Shown: in pieces, positions 1-9,489 of the stretch
How positions within the stretch are numbered: the first letter of the stretch is position 1
Layout: each line of letters opens with the position of its first letter
Source of the DNA: a virus
Lineage: Duplodnaviria; Caudoviricetes
Reading direction: 5' to 3' (one strand)
Virus record (IMG/VR): IMGVR_UViG_3300042509_001483
Location: 1 to 60,550 of that record
DNA length: 60,550 bases
Made by a program: the position numbers and the translations under genes
Notes under the pieces: generated by a model
Seen by the model: the letters and a program-made list of their open reading frames with translations, nothing else
Told to the model about the DNA's origin: nothing
Database searches by the model: none

Positions 1-2501
1 GTGGTGACGGAGATGTTCCCAACTTGTGTAGTGTCTCTAAAAAATTGGAACATCTGGCCATCGCTAGAACGACGGCGGAAGTAACCAACAGGTTGAGCAT
101 CCCGAGAAATAACAAGGGCTGTTGGCTCAATCTGTACACCATCTGTTGTTCCAGATCCGCTACTGATTGCACTGGTCGTCCCAATAAGCACCGTCCCGTT
201 TTGCTGGATCCTCATGCGCTCCGTCGGGCTGCTCGCTCCGTCGGCGGTAGTAGAGAACACTAACCTGCCCGGCATATCGTTGGTGCCGGGAGTGCCGTCT
301 ACGGCGGCAAAGATACGGGCACCAGAAACATTTGCGGATCCATCAGTTCCTTGGAAAACAATGCCACCTAGTTCATCATCGGACTGAACTACAGTGAACC
401 CACCAGAAGTGGTCGAGCGACTCTTTATAAAAACGTGGTTAGAACTAAATGCGTTGTTTGTATAGGTACCAGTATTTGAACTGCCAGATACTTGCAAATT
501 GCCGGTCCCATACGCACTAGACGTGCCAACCAACAACCTGCCGGAGCTGTCGATGCGAGCGCGTTCGGTGCCAGCAATAATTGCCGAGATCGCATTAGCT
601 GCAGGGTTGCCAATACCCGTAGTGTTATTAAACCAAAAACTATAGATAGGCGCAGTGCTGCTGTAACCGTTGCTAACTCTAATTTCTGAGCCGCCGCCGG
701 TAGAGCTAGTGTAATTAAACGTAGCAACGGTGCCGGCGGATGATTGCGCGGCTTGTAACAACGTTGCAGGGCTTGCGGTACCGACCCCTACGTTGCCTGC
801 CGATGTAATCCGCATCCGTTCCGTCGGGCTGCTTGCCCCGTCGGCAGTAGTGGAGAACACTAATCTTCCCGGCATGTCGTTAGTGCCGGGGGTGCCGTCT
901 ACTTCAGTTCGGATCCATGCTGCAATTGGATATGCATTAGAAGCGTTACCAGCAGCACCAGTAAATAGAACTTCACCCAGCACATCTCCACTTTGCACTA
1001 TTGTGTTAGTACCAAGCGAGCCACGGGATTTGGCGAAAGTTAATCTGGGCTTGTCTACGTCATTGGAGAATCGCGCAATCAATAGCTGAGAATTTTCATT
1101 GTTAGTGCCAGCGACTTGCAAATACGCGGAGTCAAGCAGTGATGAGCTAATAGCACTAGACGTGCCAACTAACAACCTGCCGGAGCTGTCGATGCGGGCG
1201 CGTTCAATGTTGCTTGTATTTAACGTAAGCGCGCCTGCTTCAATCGCGCTGATATTTAGGTTGCCAGTACCTCTGTGCAGTAGGTTTGTGTTGCCATTTG
1301 CTCCACCAGAAGTGCGCACAAGTCTTGCGCCGTAATCTGTGTAGGTCGTGTCACCAACTAAATCAATAAAAACAGCTCTATCGCCCGTTGCCCCACCGCC
1401 AAGCTCAAGCGTAACTGCATTAGCATCTTGAGTACCAATTGAAGCATTTCCCCGAACATCTAGGGTCGCGCCAGGACTCGTAGTGCCAATCCCTACGTTG
1501 CCTGCGGAAGTAATGCGGGCGCGTTCGGAGCCATCAATTCTGAAGTCGATAAAACTTGTGGTACCAGAAGAGCCTTCATCAGCTCGTAGGGATAATGTGC
1601 CGTTGTTATTAAGTATTTCAGCGTAAGAAGTGTCAGTTGTGTCCCTTAGTCTTAATGTTGGTAAATCACTAGATAATTCCAGCAATGAGCTAGGGCTACT
1701 AGTCCCCAGACCCAGTCGGCCACTGGAGTCCAGGCGCATGCGTTCGGTGTTATTTGTCCTAAATACAAATGGATGATTGGACCATGTTCCTATTTGTCCT
1801 GCATTTCCCGTAAGCCCCAAAGAGTTAATGCGAACATCAACTCCATTTGTGGTAGCCCTTAATCTCGCTTGAGTATCATCCGCAGTTGCTACATCGAGTT
1901 GAACTGCAGGACTTGCCCCAATTCCAACATTCCCACTCGAATCAACAAACAACCGCCCAGTGCCATTAGTCGAGATGGCTACTTGGTCTGCGCCGGGGGA
2001 GTAGATGCCCGTATTGGGGTCTGATGTAAAACTAATTGATGGGTTTGCAGCAGTACCTGCCGCAAATACACCTGACGTAATGGTATGAGTACCACCGCTG
2101 ATATTAATGAAGTTACCGCTAGTGAAATTTGCAGTGGTACCAGTAACAGTAACACCTGAAATTTGAGTACTAAAAACACCGGATACAAAATTAGCAGTTG
2201 TACCAGATGTCGTTGTTCCCGTTAATGAGGTAAAACTACCGGTCGTATAAGTTGCTGTTGTTCCCTGAAGAGTAGTACCCGTTAACGAAACAAACGTTCC
2301 ACTGGTAAACTGCGCTGTGGTGCCAGTGACAGTAACACCTGAAACTGTTTGTCCTCGTACGGTGTTGCCAGAGATCGTTCCGGTTACTGTTACATTTCCC
2401 GTAAAAGTAGGATTCTGAACTAAGCCAGAAATTGCAACGCTCTTATCAATACCACCATCAGTAAAGGTGATCGTATCAATCTTGATAGTGCCGTACGCCA
2501 T
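1..2501 (-). CDS. Tail fibre protein, modular, 3'-truncated by the window edge (absent from ORF track)
   Basis: ATG at 2501 gives MAYGTIKIDTITFTDGG...; repeated cyanophage fibre motifs ERMR(L/I)DSSG, GNVGIGTTSP and VDGTPGTNDMPGRLVFSTTADGASSPTERMRI; frame spot-checked open to the edge, ending FRDTTQVGNISVT. Confidence 0.85.
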   Translation of the reverse strand, partial: MAYGTIKIDTITFTDGGIDKSVAISGLVQNPTFTGNVTVTGTISGNTVRGQTVSGVTVTGTTAQFTSGTFVSLTGTTLQGTTATYTTGSFTSLTGTTTSGTTANFVSGVFSTQISGVTVTGTTANFTSGNFINISGGTHTITSGVFAAGTAANPSISFTSDPNTGIYSPGADQVAISTNGTGRLFVDSSGNVGIGASPAVQLDVATADDTQARLRATTNGVDVRINSLGLTGNAGQIGTWSNHPFVFRTNNTERMRLDSSGRLGLGTSSPSSLLELSSDLPTLRLRDTTDTSYAEILNNNGTLSLRADEGSSGTTSFIDFRIDGSERARITSAGNVGIGTTSPGATLDVRGNASIGTQDANAVTLELGGGATGDRAVFIDLVGDTTYTDYGARLVRTSGGANGNTNLLHRGTGNLNISAIEAGALTLNTSNIERARIDSSGRLLVGTSSAISSSLLDSAYLQVAGTNNENSQLLIARFSNDVDKPRLTFAKSRGSLGTNTIVQSGDVLGEVLFTGAAGNASNAYPIAAWIRTEVDGTPGTNDMPGRLVFSTTADGASSPTERMRITSAGNVGVGTASPATLLQAAQSSAGTVATFNYTSSTGGGSEIRVSNGYSSTAPIYSFWFNNTTGIGNPAANAISAIIAGTERARIDSSGRLLVGTSSAYGTGNLQVSGSSNTGTYTNNAFSSNHVFIKSRSTTSGGFTVVQSDDELGGIVFQGTDGSANVSGARIFAAVDGTPGTNDMPGRLVFSTTADGASSPTERMRIQQNGTVLIGTTSAISSGSGTTDGVQIEPTALVISRDAQPVGYFRRRSSDGQMFQFFRDTTQVGNISVT
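231..902. repeat. Direct repeat of about 72-82 nt (231-302 and 821-902) inside the tail fibre gene
   Basis: ccgtcgggctgc...gtgccgtctac occurs twice, mostly synonymous changes; encodes VDGTPGTNDMPGRLVFSTTADGASSPT. Confidence 0.85.
515..1205. repeat. Direct repeat of about 50 nt (515-566 and 1154-1205) inside the tail fibre gene
   Basis: cactagacgtgccaacYaacaacctgccggagctgtcgatgcgRgcgcgttc twice; encodes ERARIDSSGRLLVGTSS. Confidence 0.85.
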
Positions 2502-2537
2502 TTTGTTGTCTCTTTTTGTTTATTTTAACTGAAAGAA

Positions 2538-4394
2538 TTAAGGCAGAATAACCAATGGTCCCTGGATAATTAAACCGTTTGCAGCACCACCGGAAATAAC
2601 ACCAGAACACACAATGGCAGGTGTTGCGCCAGAAGGAGTTGTAACTGCAAGTGTGCTGCCGGTAAGCGACGTAAATGCCCCGGTATTACCAGTGACCGTA
2701 GCTCCTGAAAGCTGTGATGTAAAAACACCGGACGTATATGTTGCCGTAACCCCTGTTGTCGTTGTTCCTGTTAAAGAAGTAAAACTACCTGTTGTAAAAG
2801 TAGCCGTAATGCCAGTGGTTGTTGTACCCGTTAGAGAAACAAATGTTCCAGTTGTTGCTTGAACGGTCGTTCCGGTAATGGTCGTACCACTAAGTGTTCC
2901 TGTAATTTGTACACCGGACGCAAAGAAACCGGAACCAAGAACGTTCAAATCACCAGATACGGTTGTATTTGTGAACGATAAGTTGGTTGCTTGAAGGGTG
3001 TTAAAGATACCAGTCGTAGCATTGACCGTTGTTCCTGTAATGGTCGTACCACTGAGGTTGACAAAAACACCTGATGTCCCCTGGACGGTATTACCAGTGA
3101 CTGTGGCACCAGAAACACTTGTGGTGAAGACACCTGCAATACCGGTTAGGTTTGTAAAAGCACCCGTGTTGCCAGTAACGGTCAGGCCAGAAACACTTGT
3201 TGTAAAGGTACCAGTGGTTCCAGTGACGGTTGTGAAGTTTGCGCTGTCTCCGGTAACTGTACTTCCACTGAGGTAACTGCTGAACGTACCAGAGATACCA
3301 TTGACAATTGAAAATAAACCCGAAGCACCTGTAATAGTCATGCCTGAAACACGACTATTAAAAACACCAGATACACCGGAAATTATTGTCGCGTTGACGT
3401 TGGTACCAGTAATAGTTGCACCGGAAAAATTGGTGAATGTCCCCGAAACACCTGTGAGTGTTGTGTAGTTTCCAACATCGCCAGTAATAAAAGCCCCTGA
3501 CAACACCTGGGTAAAAACACCCGAGATGCCGCTGATGTTGCCAAAAGATCCCGTATTTCCTGTTACGGTTGCACCAGAAACCCTGGTCGTAAAGGTACCA
3601 GATACACCGGTAATATTCGAGAAACGTGCTGTATCACCTGTAATGGTGGCACCTGAAAGCACGGTTGTGTAGACTCCAGATACACCAGTAACGGTCGTAA
3701 ATTGAGCTGTAGTTCCGGTAATTGTTGTTCCAGAGAGCGTCCCGGTGGCTTGGATACCGTTTGCAAACTGAGCTGTACCAGTAACAGTCAATCCGCTTGC
3801 AACGGAAAGATTACCACTGACGTTAAGGACGGGAGTACCAAGGGTTTGGAATGTACCCGTCGTTGCGGCAACCGTTGTTCCAGTAATTGTTGTACCGCTT
3901 AGCGCAGTAAAGACGCCACTGGTTGCGGATAGATTGTCTCCAGTGATTGTGGCACCGGACAAGGTTTGGTAACGACCACTGGTAAACAAAGCTGTTGTAC
4001 CGGTTGCAGTCGTTGTTGTTACCGTGCCTGCATTAAGGGTTGTCCCCTGGAGGGCTGCACCTGTGATAGTGGCGCCACTGATGGTTCCGCTGACTGTTGC
4101 ATTGTTTTGAACGATGATGCCACTGAACGTTCCAGTGCCAGACGCCGTTACGGTATTAAATGTGCTGCTGCCTGAAACAGATAAGTTACCAGTAATATCA
4201 ATGTTGCCACTAATGGTTTCACCGCTGATATTTGCGTAGTACTGATCAAGATATGAACGAAACTGCGTAAAGGTAATTTTTTTGTTGCGCAGTACAGGAT
4301 CCACCTCAAAAACGTGGACCAGAGTAAGTAGATCCTGCTCGTCAATATCAATCCCGCTGATGGCAGGAAATTCTGAAATCCTACGGTTTGACAC
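2538..4394 (-). CDS. Thr/Gly/Ser-rich repetitive tail fibre or virion fibre protein
   Basis: 618 aa; N-terminal MSNRRISEFP typical of phage fibres; about 20 aa repeats of the type GVSGTFTTxxSGATVTGNT. Confidence 0.7.
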   Translation of the reverse strand: MSNRRISEFPAISGIDIDEQDLLTLVHVFEVDPVLRNKKITFTQFRSYLDQYYANISGETISGNIDITGNLSVSGSSTFNTVTASGTGTFSGIIVQNNATVSGTISGATITGAALQGTTLNAGTVTTTTATGTTALFTSGRYQTLSGATITGDNLSATSGVFTALSGTTITGTTVAATTGTFQTLGTPVLNVSGNLSVASGLTVTGTAQFANGIQATGTLSGTTITGTTAQFTTVTGVSGVYTTVLSGATITGDTARFSNITGVSGTFTTRVSGATVTGNTGSFGNISGISGVFTQVLSGAFITGDVGNYTTLTGVSGTFTNFSGATITGTNVNATIISGVSGVFNSRVSGMTITGASGLFSIVNGISGTFSSYLSGSTVTGDSANFTTVTGTTGTFTTSVSGLTVTGNTGAFTNLTGIAGVFTTSVSGATVTGNTVQGTSGVFVNLSGTTITGTTVNATTGIFNTLQATNLSFTNTTVSGDLNVLGSGFFASGVQITGTLSGTTITGTTVQATTGTFVSLTGTTTTGITATFTTGSFTSLTGTTTTGVTATYTSGVFTSQLSGATVTGNTGAFTSLTGSTLAVTTPSGATPAIVCSGVISGGAANGLIIQGPLVILP

Positions 4395-4439
4395 CTACTT
4401 TACTGCGCAATCCTTTGTATCAATTATAGGTCTGCTTAT

Positions 4440-4796
4440 TTAGCGCACTTTAATCTCAACACGGGGCAAAACATTGGATAATGCGTTCCAGCTCCACTGA
4501 ATTCCTGTTACAATGCCACAGGAAAGCAGTAGTACCAAAAGGACTTCTGCAACGGTCAAGTTGCGGCGTAAGTAAATAACTTGCGGCGGTTGAGGCGGCT
4601 GCTGTTGTTGAAGGGCAGCTTGCTGAGCAATGGTTTGTTGGATGGCAAGTTCCCTGGCACGAGCCTTCAATTCAGCCAATTGTTCAGGCGTAATTTGACC
4701 TTCCAGGGTCATTTGATTTTGCATCTGCGGAGGCATTGGCATCGGTGGTTGACTAGCGGGAATTTGTTCTTCCATGGTCACAAATTGTTTTCTCAC
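4440..4796 (-). CDS. Hypothetical protein, Q/P-rich, with one C-terminal transmembrane segment
   Basis: ORF track; hydrophobic VAEVLLVLLLSCGIVTGI. Confidence 0.6.
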   Translation of the reverse strand: MRKQFVTMEEQIPASQPPMPMPPQMQNQMTLEGQITPEQLAELKARARELAIQQTIAQQAALQQQQPPQPPQVIYLRRNLTVAEVLLVLLLSCGIVTGIQWSWNALSNVLPRVEIKVR

Positions 4797-4827
4797 AGGT
4801 TAGCATCTAAACAAAGCGTGTGAAGGT

Positions 4828-5265
4828 ATGCAGTACGGACTTCGTAAAAGTTTAGAAGATATTGCGCATGAACTAAAAGGAATCAGAAATATCCTTGGTT
4901 CTATGTGGCACTCCCGTTATTCAAACGGAGAGACAGACGTTTTGAGTCCCCAAGCTTTTGCCGATGAGTACATCTCGACAGAAGAGTGTGGCAGACGGCT
5001 TGGCGTCTCAGATCAAACCATCCGTAACTGGATGTCCATTGGCAGGAAGCAACCAGGAAAGGGCTGGGTAGAAGGCATTCATTATGTCAACGTCTCCCCT
5101 GATCCAAAAAAGAAAGCAGTCTTACGAATCCCTTGGAATCAACTGATCCAATCCTTTTCTAAAAATCCAGAGGTTTTGACGGTTGATCTTAACCCTCAAC
5201 GTCAAGATCGCAAACCAATGTACCAAAAAACGTGGGATCCTACTGAGAATGGCGCACCGTTTTAA
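4828..5265 (+). CDS. Excisionase-like helix-turn-helix DNA-binding protein
   Basis: YISTEECGRRLGVSDQTIRNW...EGIHY winged HTH pattern. Confidence 0.7.
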   Translation: MQYGLRKSLEDIAHELKGIRNILGSMWHSRYSNGETDVLSPQAFADEYISTEECGRRLGVSDQTIRNWMSIGRKQPGKGWVEGIHYVNVSPDPKKKAVLRIPWNQLIQSFSKNPEVLTVDLNPQRQDRKPMYQKTWDPTENGAPF

Positions 5266-5707
5266 TGGTATTGATCTCGATGCAGTAACCGTAGAGAACC
5301 ATGAGGAACTGCTTCCAGAATCTTTGGTCAGGCAAGTGGAGATGTTCTTGCCTCCCAGTGGCTCGTTTGATGACGGATGCCTGCGTCGGTACTTGGAAAA
5401 CTTAAGGAATTATGAAGAAGAAGACGCCAATTCTGGCATGACACTTGCCAATAGGTTGCGTCTTGCTTTCTGTGATTTACAAGCAGATACGATCTGCGGT
5501 AAATTCCCGCAAGCGGAATTACCTCTTAAGCGGAGGTTGCGTTGCGTCGCAGAGTATTTGATCCGCTCTGGAGAATTTGATAAGGTAAGAGATGACTTTG
5601 GTAAGCTCGTCAAAAAACGCGGCGTTCTTGGCAAGTTGGTGGTTATGTACCAGCCGACGCCAAAACTTTTAGAATCACTAAATCGACAAGGGTTACTCGA
5701 AAAATGA
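5249..5707 (+). CDS. Hypothetical protein
   Basis: ORF 5183-5707; likely start ATG at 5249 (MAHRFNG); coupled to neighbours. Confidence 0.6.
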   Translation: MAHRFNGIDLDAVTVENHEELLPESLVRQVEMFLPPSGSFDDGCLRRYLENLRNYEEEDANSGMTLANRLRLAFCDLQADTICGKFPQAELPLKRRLRCVAEYLIRSGEFDKVRDDFGKLVKKRGVLGKLVVMYQPTPKLLESLNRQGLLEK

Positions 5708-6087
5708 ACCGACGTGAAAAATTAATTGCTTCTGTGATCGGTCCAGAGCTGGATGAAACAAAAGCAAAGATGCTCGATGCCACGATGAAATTGATTCTCG
5801 GGGATATGGGCGGATTGTACGTAAAGTTCTGGGAATCAGAAGGTCCGGGAGTCATGTGTTTTCAACCAGACTCAGATCGTACAATGTTTTATTTGACACT
5901 CAAAGAGCTTCACGCTGCTCAAGAACAGGAAGAGCGTGACAATAACGGTGATCTGGCTGAGACGTTCCGACGCATCTTGTCGGCAGCACAAAAGATTGAT
6001 CCAACAGAAAAAGCTGGGTATCTCATTAACGATGCGGGTGGTATCCGTTTTCTTGAAATCGATTACAACAAAGTATCTGATCAATGA
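5704..6087 (+). CDS. Hypothetical protein
   Basis: ATGA overlaps on both sides. Confidence 0.65.
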   Translation: MNRREKLIASVIGPELDETKAKMLDATMKLILGDMGGLYVKFWESEGPGVMCFQPDSDRTMFYLTLKELHAAQEQEERDNNGDLAETFRRILSAAQKIDPTEKAGYLINDAGGIRFLEIDYNKVSDQ

Positions 6088-6680
6088 GCAACGAAGGGCT
6101 TCAACGCACATCCAATCGCCGAGAGGGCATTGAGCTGATCACCAGCTCAGACCTAATCATTGCTGCAAATGAGTTGATGGGTGGCATCACATTAGATGTT
6201 GCTAGTTCCAAAGTTGCCAATGAGTATGTCGGCGCTGAGAGCTTTTACACGCCAGCGGATGATGGACTAAATGCGCAGCAGTGGTACGGCAAGGCTTACT
6301 TGTTTCCACCTGCGGGCATGTACTTTTGGGATAAGAAGAATGGACGCTGGAAAAAAACAAGGGCTTCTGCGGTGTCATTGACATCGTCCCATGCCGTGTG
6401 GTTTCGGCGTATGTACCACGCATGGATCTCGGGGGAGATAGAGCAGGGCCTGTATTTCAGCAACTGTCCTGACATGATTCGTTACGAGCCTAAAATCTTT
6501 AGTTTTCCGATGTGCATTTTACGTACACGACCAGTGCTACAGGAGTATGACGGAAAGAAATTTTCGCGTCGCCAGACGTGCACTTCATTTGTCGTCTACC
6601 TACCTCCCACTGATTTAACAGATGATGCTACCCAACGGTTTAAAAACATCTATGAAGATCGCGGACATATTCTCATCTGA
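6084..6680 (+). CDS. Phage N6-adenine DNA methyltransferase-like protein with altered catalytic motif (FPPA instead of NPPY)
   Basis: ITLDVASS..ANEYV.A..FYT..DDGL..QW.GKAYLFPPAG matches the phage Dam-family layout. Confidence 0.7.
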   Translation: MSNEGLQRTSNRREGIELITSSDLIIAANELMGGITLDVASSKVANEYVGAESFYTPADDGLNAQQWYGKAYLFPPAGMYFWDKKNGRWKKTRASAVSLTSSHAVWFRRMYHAWISGEIEQGLYFSNCPDMIRYEPKIFSFPMCILRTRPVLQEYDGKKFSRRQTCTSFVVYLPPTDLTDDATQRFKNIYEDRGHILI

Positions 6681-6713
6681 TCTCTGTATACTGAAGGACG
6701 ATTACAAGGATCT

Positions 6714-7301
6714 ATGAGCGTCCTGGCCGATTGGGAAATCAAAAAACTTGCTGAAGAAGAGGAGATGATCGCTCCCTTCGTTGATCACTTGGTCAGCAAG
6801 GAAGATGGCCGCAAGCTCTTAAGCTATGGTCTCAGCTCATACGGTTACGACATTCGGCTATCCCCTTCCCAATGCCTAATTTTTGGCAAGGTACAAGCTG
6901 GTGATTGCGATCCAAAGAACTTTGACCCTGACATCCTGAAGCCTGCAGATCTTCTGGAGGATGAACGCGGCCAGTACTTCTTGCTCCCTCCGTACGGCTA
7001 TTGTCTTGGTGTTGCGCAAGAACGCCTGAAGCTTCCCAGGGATGTCACTGTTGTTGCAGTAGGTAAATCTACCTATGCACGTTCAGGCATCTTGGTTAAT
7101 ATCACGCCTGCCGAAAGCGGTTGGGAAGGTTACTTGACGTTGGAGATCAGTAACTGCACTGGGCTCTTCAATCGCATCTATGCAAATGAGGGGATCACGC
7201 AACTGCTGTTCTATCGTGGCAACCCCTGTCACACCACGTACCAAGATCGGAAAGGAAAGTATCAAGACCAACCGAATAACGTAGTCTTTTCTCAGGTTTA
7301 A
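6714..7301 (+). CDS. dcd: dCTP deaminase
   Basis: SYGLSSYGYDIRL, GKSTYARSG, WEGYLTLE, YANEGITQLLF, YQDRKGKYQ motifs; cyanobacterial-type sequence. Confidence 0.95.
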   Translation: MSVLADWEIKKLAEEEEMIAPFVDHLVSKEDGRKLLSYGLSSYGYDIRLSPSQCLIFGKVQAGDCDPKNFDPDILKPADLLEDERGQYFLLPPYGYCLGVAQERLKLPRDVTVVAVGKSTYARSGILVNITPAESGWEGYLTLEISNCTGLFNRIYANEGITQLLFYRGNPCHTTYQDRKGKYQDQPNNVVFSQV

Positions 7302-7651
7302 CCAAAGGCTTTACCAAATTGCTCTTTGGGTTTACGGGCGTAGCCAACGGAACCGGCACGCCCACCTGAATCTCCTAAGGTTGCACTCGTTGGCTCACGT
7401 ACTAAAGCACGTTTCTGGTACTCGCCAGCGCTACGGGCAGCCCGCATGAATTTGGCGACTCGGTTTTGATTGCTGTTGACAGATGCTGCTGAACGCCTAT
7501 CGCCTGCATCTACTCGACGCAAGTCTGTGTCATAAGCCTGCTCAGGACGCAAGTCTGAGACTTCAGCTCCAGAGGTACCGGAGTTGATGCCCGGATCGTA
7601 TGTAGGCTTAAATCTGTTGGCCATATTAACATTGTAGGAGAAGTGAATCAA
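7298..7651 (-). CDS. Hypothetical protein
   Basis: ORF track; likely start at internal ATG (MANRFKP). Confidence 0.55.
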   Translation of the reverse strand: MIHFSYNVNMANRFKPTYDPGINSGTSGAEVSDLRPEQAYDTDLRRVDAGDRRSAASVNSNQNRVAKFMRAARSAGEYQKRALVREPTSATLGDSGGRAGSVGYARKPKEQFGKAFG

Positions 7652-7659
7652 TTAATCCC

Positions 7660-8004
7660 GTGATGCATTCCGCCGCAAGCTTCCTTGACGCATTTGTACA
7701 GGATGAAGTCAAGTGTCGTTGTTTAGATGAAGAAGATTTTGGTGCACCTCTCGATAACAAGCAAAATGATGTACCCTTGTATGATTCCTACAACAGAGGT
7801 TTAGTCGCATGCGAGCAGGGTCTAGAGCGAAATCCATTGAATCTCGAGGGGGCACGTCCTGGAATGACGGGCTATATCCCTTCGATGGAGGAGGGCTTGG
7901 CAATGGGAGCCTCTCCGAAACCAAAGACTCTGGTACTGGAGCTGGAGGAGCCGGACGAGGAGGAACAAATGCTGTCGGCAAAACGTCGTGGTTTGATCCG
8001 ATAA
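7660..8004 (+). CDS. Hypothetical acidic protein
   Basis: ORF track, 114 aa. Confidence 0.5.
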   Translation: MMHSAASFLDAFVQDEVKCRCLDEEDFGAPLDNKQNDVPLYDSYNRGLVACEQGLERNPLNLEGARPGMTGYIPSMEEGLAMGASPKPKTLVLELEEPDEEEQMLSAKRRGLIR

Positions 8005-8327
8005 AAACTGATTCCGTTTCAGAGAACCAACCCGTGATGGAATGTAAGGATGGTGTCTGCCCGGTACCCTGGGCAACCAAAGAAGAAGCACCTGTCGTTC
8101 TTCCAGATGTAGTAAACCATCCTCCGCATTACACGGAAGGTGGTGGTGTGGAATGTATCGAAGCCATCGAATCCTCTCTTACAACTGAAGAGTATCGTGG
8201 CTACTTAAAGGGTAATATCCAAAAGTACTGCTGGCGAGAGCGTCACAAAGGCGGCACAGAATCACTGAAAAAAGCACAGTGGTATCTAGAGCGCCTTATC
8301 CAGCTTGATGAAGCTCAGAAGGGCTGA
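7809..8327 (+). CDS. DUF3310 (SaV / T7 gp1.7-like) protein; start uncertain, possibly 8037
   Basis: DVVNHPPHYT..GVECIEAI...GYLKGNIQKY.WR..HKGG.ESLKKAQWYL. Confidence 0.85.
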   Translation: MRAGSRAKSIESRGGTSWNDGLYPFDGGGLGNGSLSETKDSGTGAGGAGRGGTNAVGKTSWFDPIKTDSVSENQPVMECKDGVCPVPWATKEEAPVVLPDVVNHPPHYTEGGGVECIEAIESSLTTEEYRGYLKGNIQKYCWRERHKGGTESLKKAQWYLERLIQLDEAQKG

Positions 8328-8620
8328 AGCTCATCTTCATCATCGTCGTACTCGTCGTCATCCATGCAGGCGGCGGCGAGTTCGGCTAATTCCAGATCTG
8401 TCGGAGCATCCCAATCCAATTCAATATTTTCACTTGCCATTAAATCTTTAATAGCACACCACTCCATCATGCGTTGATGGTAAAGGCTAAGCAGGGCGTA
8501 ACGCAGTTCCTCCCAAGTCATCTCTTGCGATTGAAGCTCTGCTTTACGCATGGAAAACTGGAGTTCCAGGGGGAGTTCAAATTCCCGTGGCTCAACTGAA
8601 CGCTCCATCCCACTCTGCAT
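8315..8620 (-). CDS. nblA: NblA-like phycobilisome degradation adaptor with acidic C-terminal tail
   Basis: ELPLELQFSMRKAELQSQEMTWEELRYALLSLYHQRMM...IKDLM aligns by eye with the NblA pattern ELSLEQQFxxRxFxxQVxxMSxEQAxxxLxxLYxQMM. Confidence 0.7.
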   Translation of the reverse strand: MQSGMERSVEPREFELPLELQFSMRKAELQSQEMTWEELRYALLSLYHQRMMEWCAIKDLMASENIELDWDAPTDLELAELAAACMDDDEYDDDEDELQPF

Positions 8621-8644
8621 TTGCTTGTTGCAATTATTCTAATC

Positions 8645-9304
8645 CTAGCTAGTGAATAGCAAATCAAGTTCCTGGTCTGGGAAATCGCCCAACTTGTTTT
8701 CATTCACACGAAACGCATTGGCAAACTCTGACAGGATGTAAGGACTGATGCGTTCTTCCAGTTGACGAACTGCACGTACCTCATGGGGAGCGGCGCTGTA
8801 GTTGCGGAAGGCTGTCAGAAGCACTTCAGTGGAAGACCAAGGATTGGCATCGACCTCTTGGAGGAACAGGTTGATCTCTTCCCTGCGGCGGTCCAGAAGG
8901 CCACCAATGACGTTGTGCTCCTCATCACAGATCCAATGGCCCATCTCCTGTGTAGCACCACAGAAGTCCTCTGCCTCGATGCGGTCGATGACGTGGCTGT
9001 ACAGGAAAGGATCCCAGCCGACCGAATGGATGAATGAGATTAAGGCCTGGCGCATGCTGTTGTCCAAACCAAGGTTGAGCTTAGCTAGCTGATTGTCAAT
9101 GACATTGATCTCGTGGAAGAGGTATTCCAGGGCCTTCTCACGAGTACAGCATTGTCCACGCTTGACGGGAGAACCATCGGGATAGAACTGAGTACCAAAC
9201 CCGATGGTGTAGGGATCTTGACCAGTTGTCGGATCGGGGTAGGCTTTTTCGCTATACCCTTCGTATTTGCGGATTAGGTTAACCGCATGCGAAAGATCCG
9301 ACAT
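8645..9304 (-). CDS. GH24 lysozyme (endolysin) with C-terminal extension
   Basis: IRKYEG...AYPDP....YTIGFG catalytic E/D/T triad; ALISF..SVG; GLLDRRREE. Confidence 0.9.
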   Translation of the reverse strand: MSDLSHAVNLIRKYEGYSEKAYPDPTTGQDPYTIGFGTQFYPDGSPVKRGQCCTREKALEYLFHEINVIDNQLAKLNLGLDNSMRQALISFIHSVGWDPFLYSHVIDRIEAEDFCGATQEMGHWICDEEHNVIGGLLDRRREEINLFLQEVDANPWSSTEVLLTAFRNYSAAPHEVRAVRQLEERISPYILSEFANAFRVNENKLGDFPDQELDLLFTS

Positions 9305-9340
9305 AGGAGTAACAATTAGTACTCCTAATATACATAATTT

Positions 9341-9463
9341 TTACTTGCCTTGGCCCCTCATTTTTTTGCGGCCATGATTAGGTAAAGAATTGCGGCCCTG
9401 TCCTTGACGTGTCTTTTTGGGCTTGGACTCAAGTCGCAGTGCGGTTGATTTGGGTTTGGCCAT
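9341..9463 (-). CDS. Small basic protein (40 aa)
   Basis: MAKPKSTALRLESKPKKTRQGQGRNSLPNHGRKKMRGQGK; PKKTRQG..RGQG pattern is common in cyanophages. Confidence 0.7.
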   Translation of the reverse strand: MAKPKSTALRLESKPKKTRQGQGRNSLPNHGRKKMRGQGK

Positions 9464-9489
9464 ACTGGTGAAGCGTCAGCTCGTGCAGT

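Noticed and set aside
231-902. Tail fibre repeats as a DGR template/variable repeat pair
   Set aside because: Differences are mostly synonymous and not adenine-specific; no reverse transcriptase in the window
24-2188. Short ORFs listed in the track over 1-2.2 kb
   Set aside because: Shadows of the long minus-strand tail fibre frame, which the track missed because it has no stop in the window
2538-4394. Ice-binding or ice-nucleation protein
   Set aside because: TxT repeats are present, but the period and gene context fit a phage fibre; no ice-nucleation octapeptide repeat
4828-5265. Evidence of lysogeny from excisionase-like genes
   Set aside because: No integrase, repressor or att site is seen in the window
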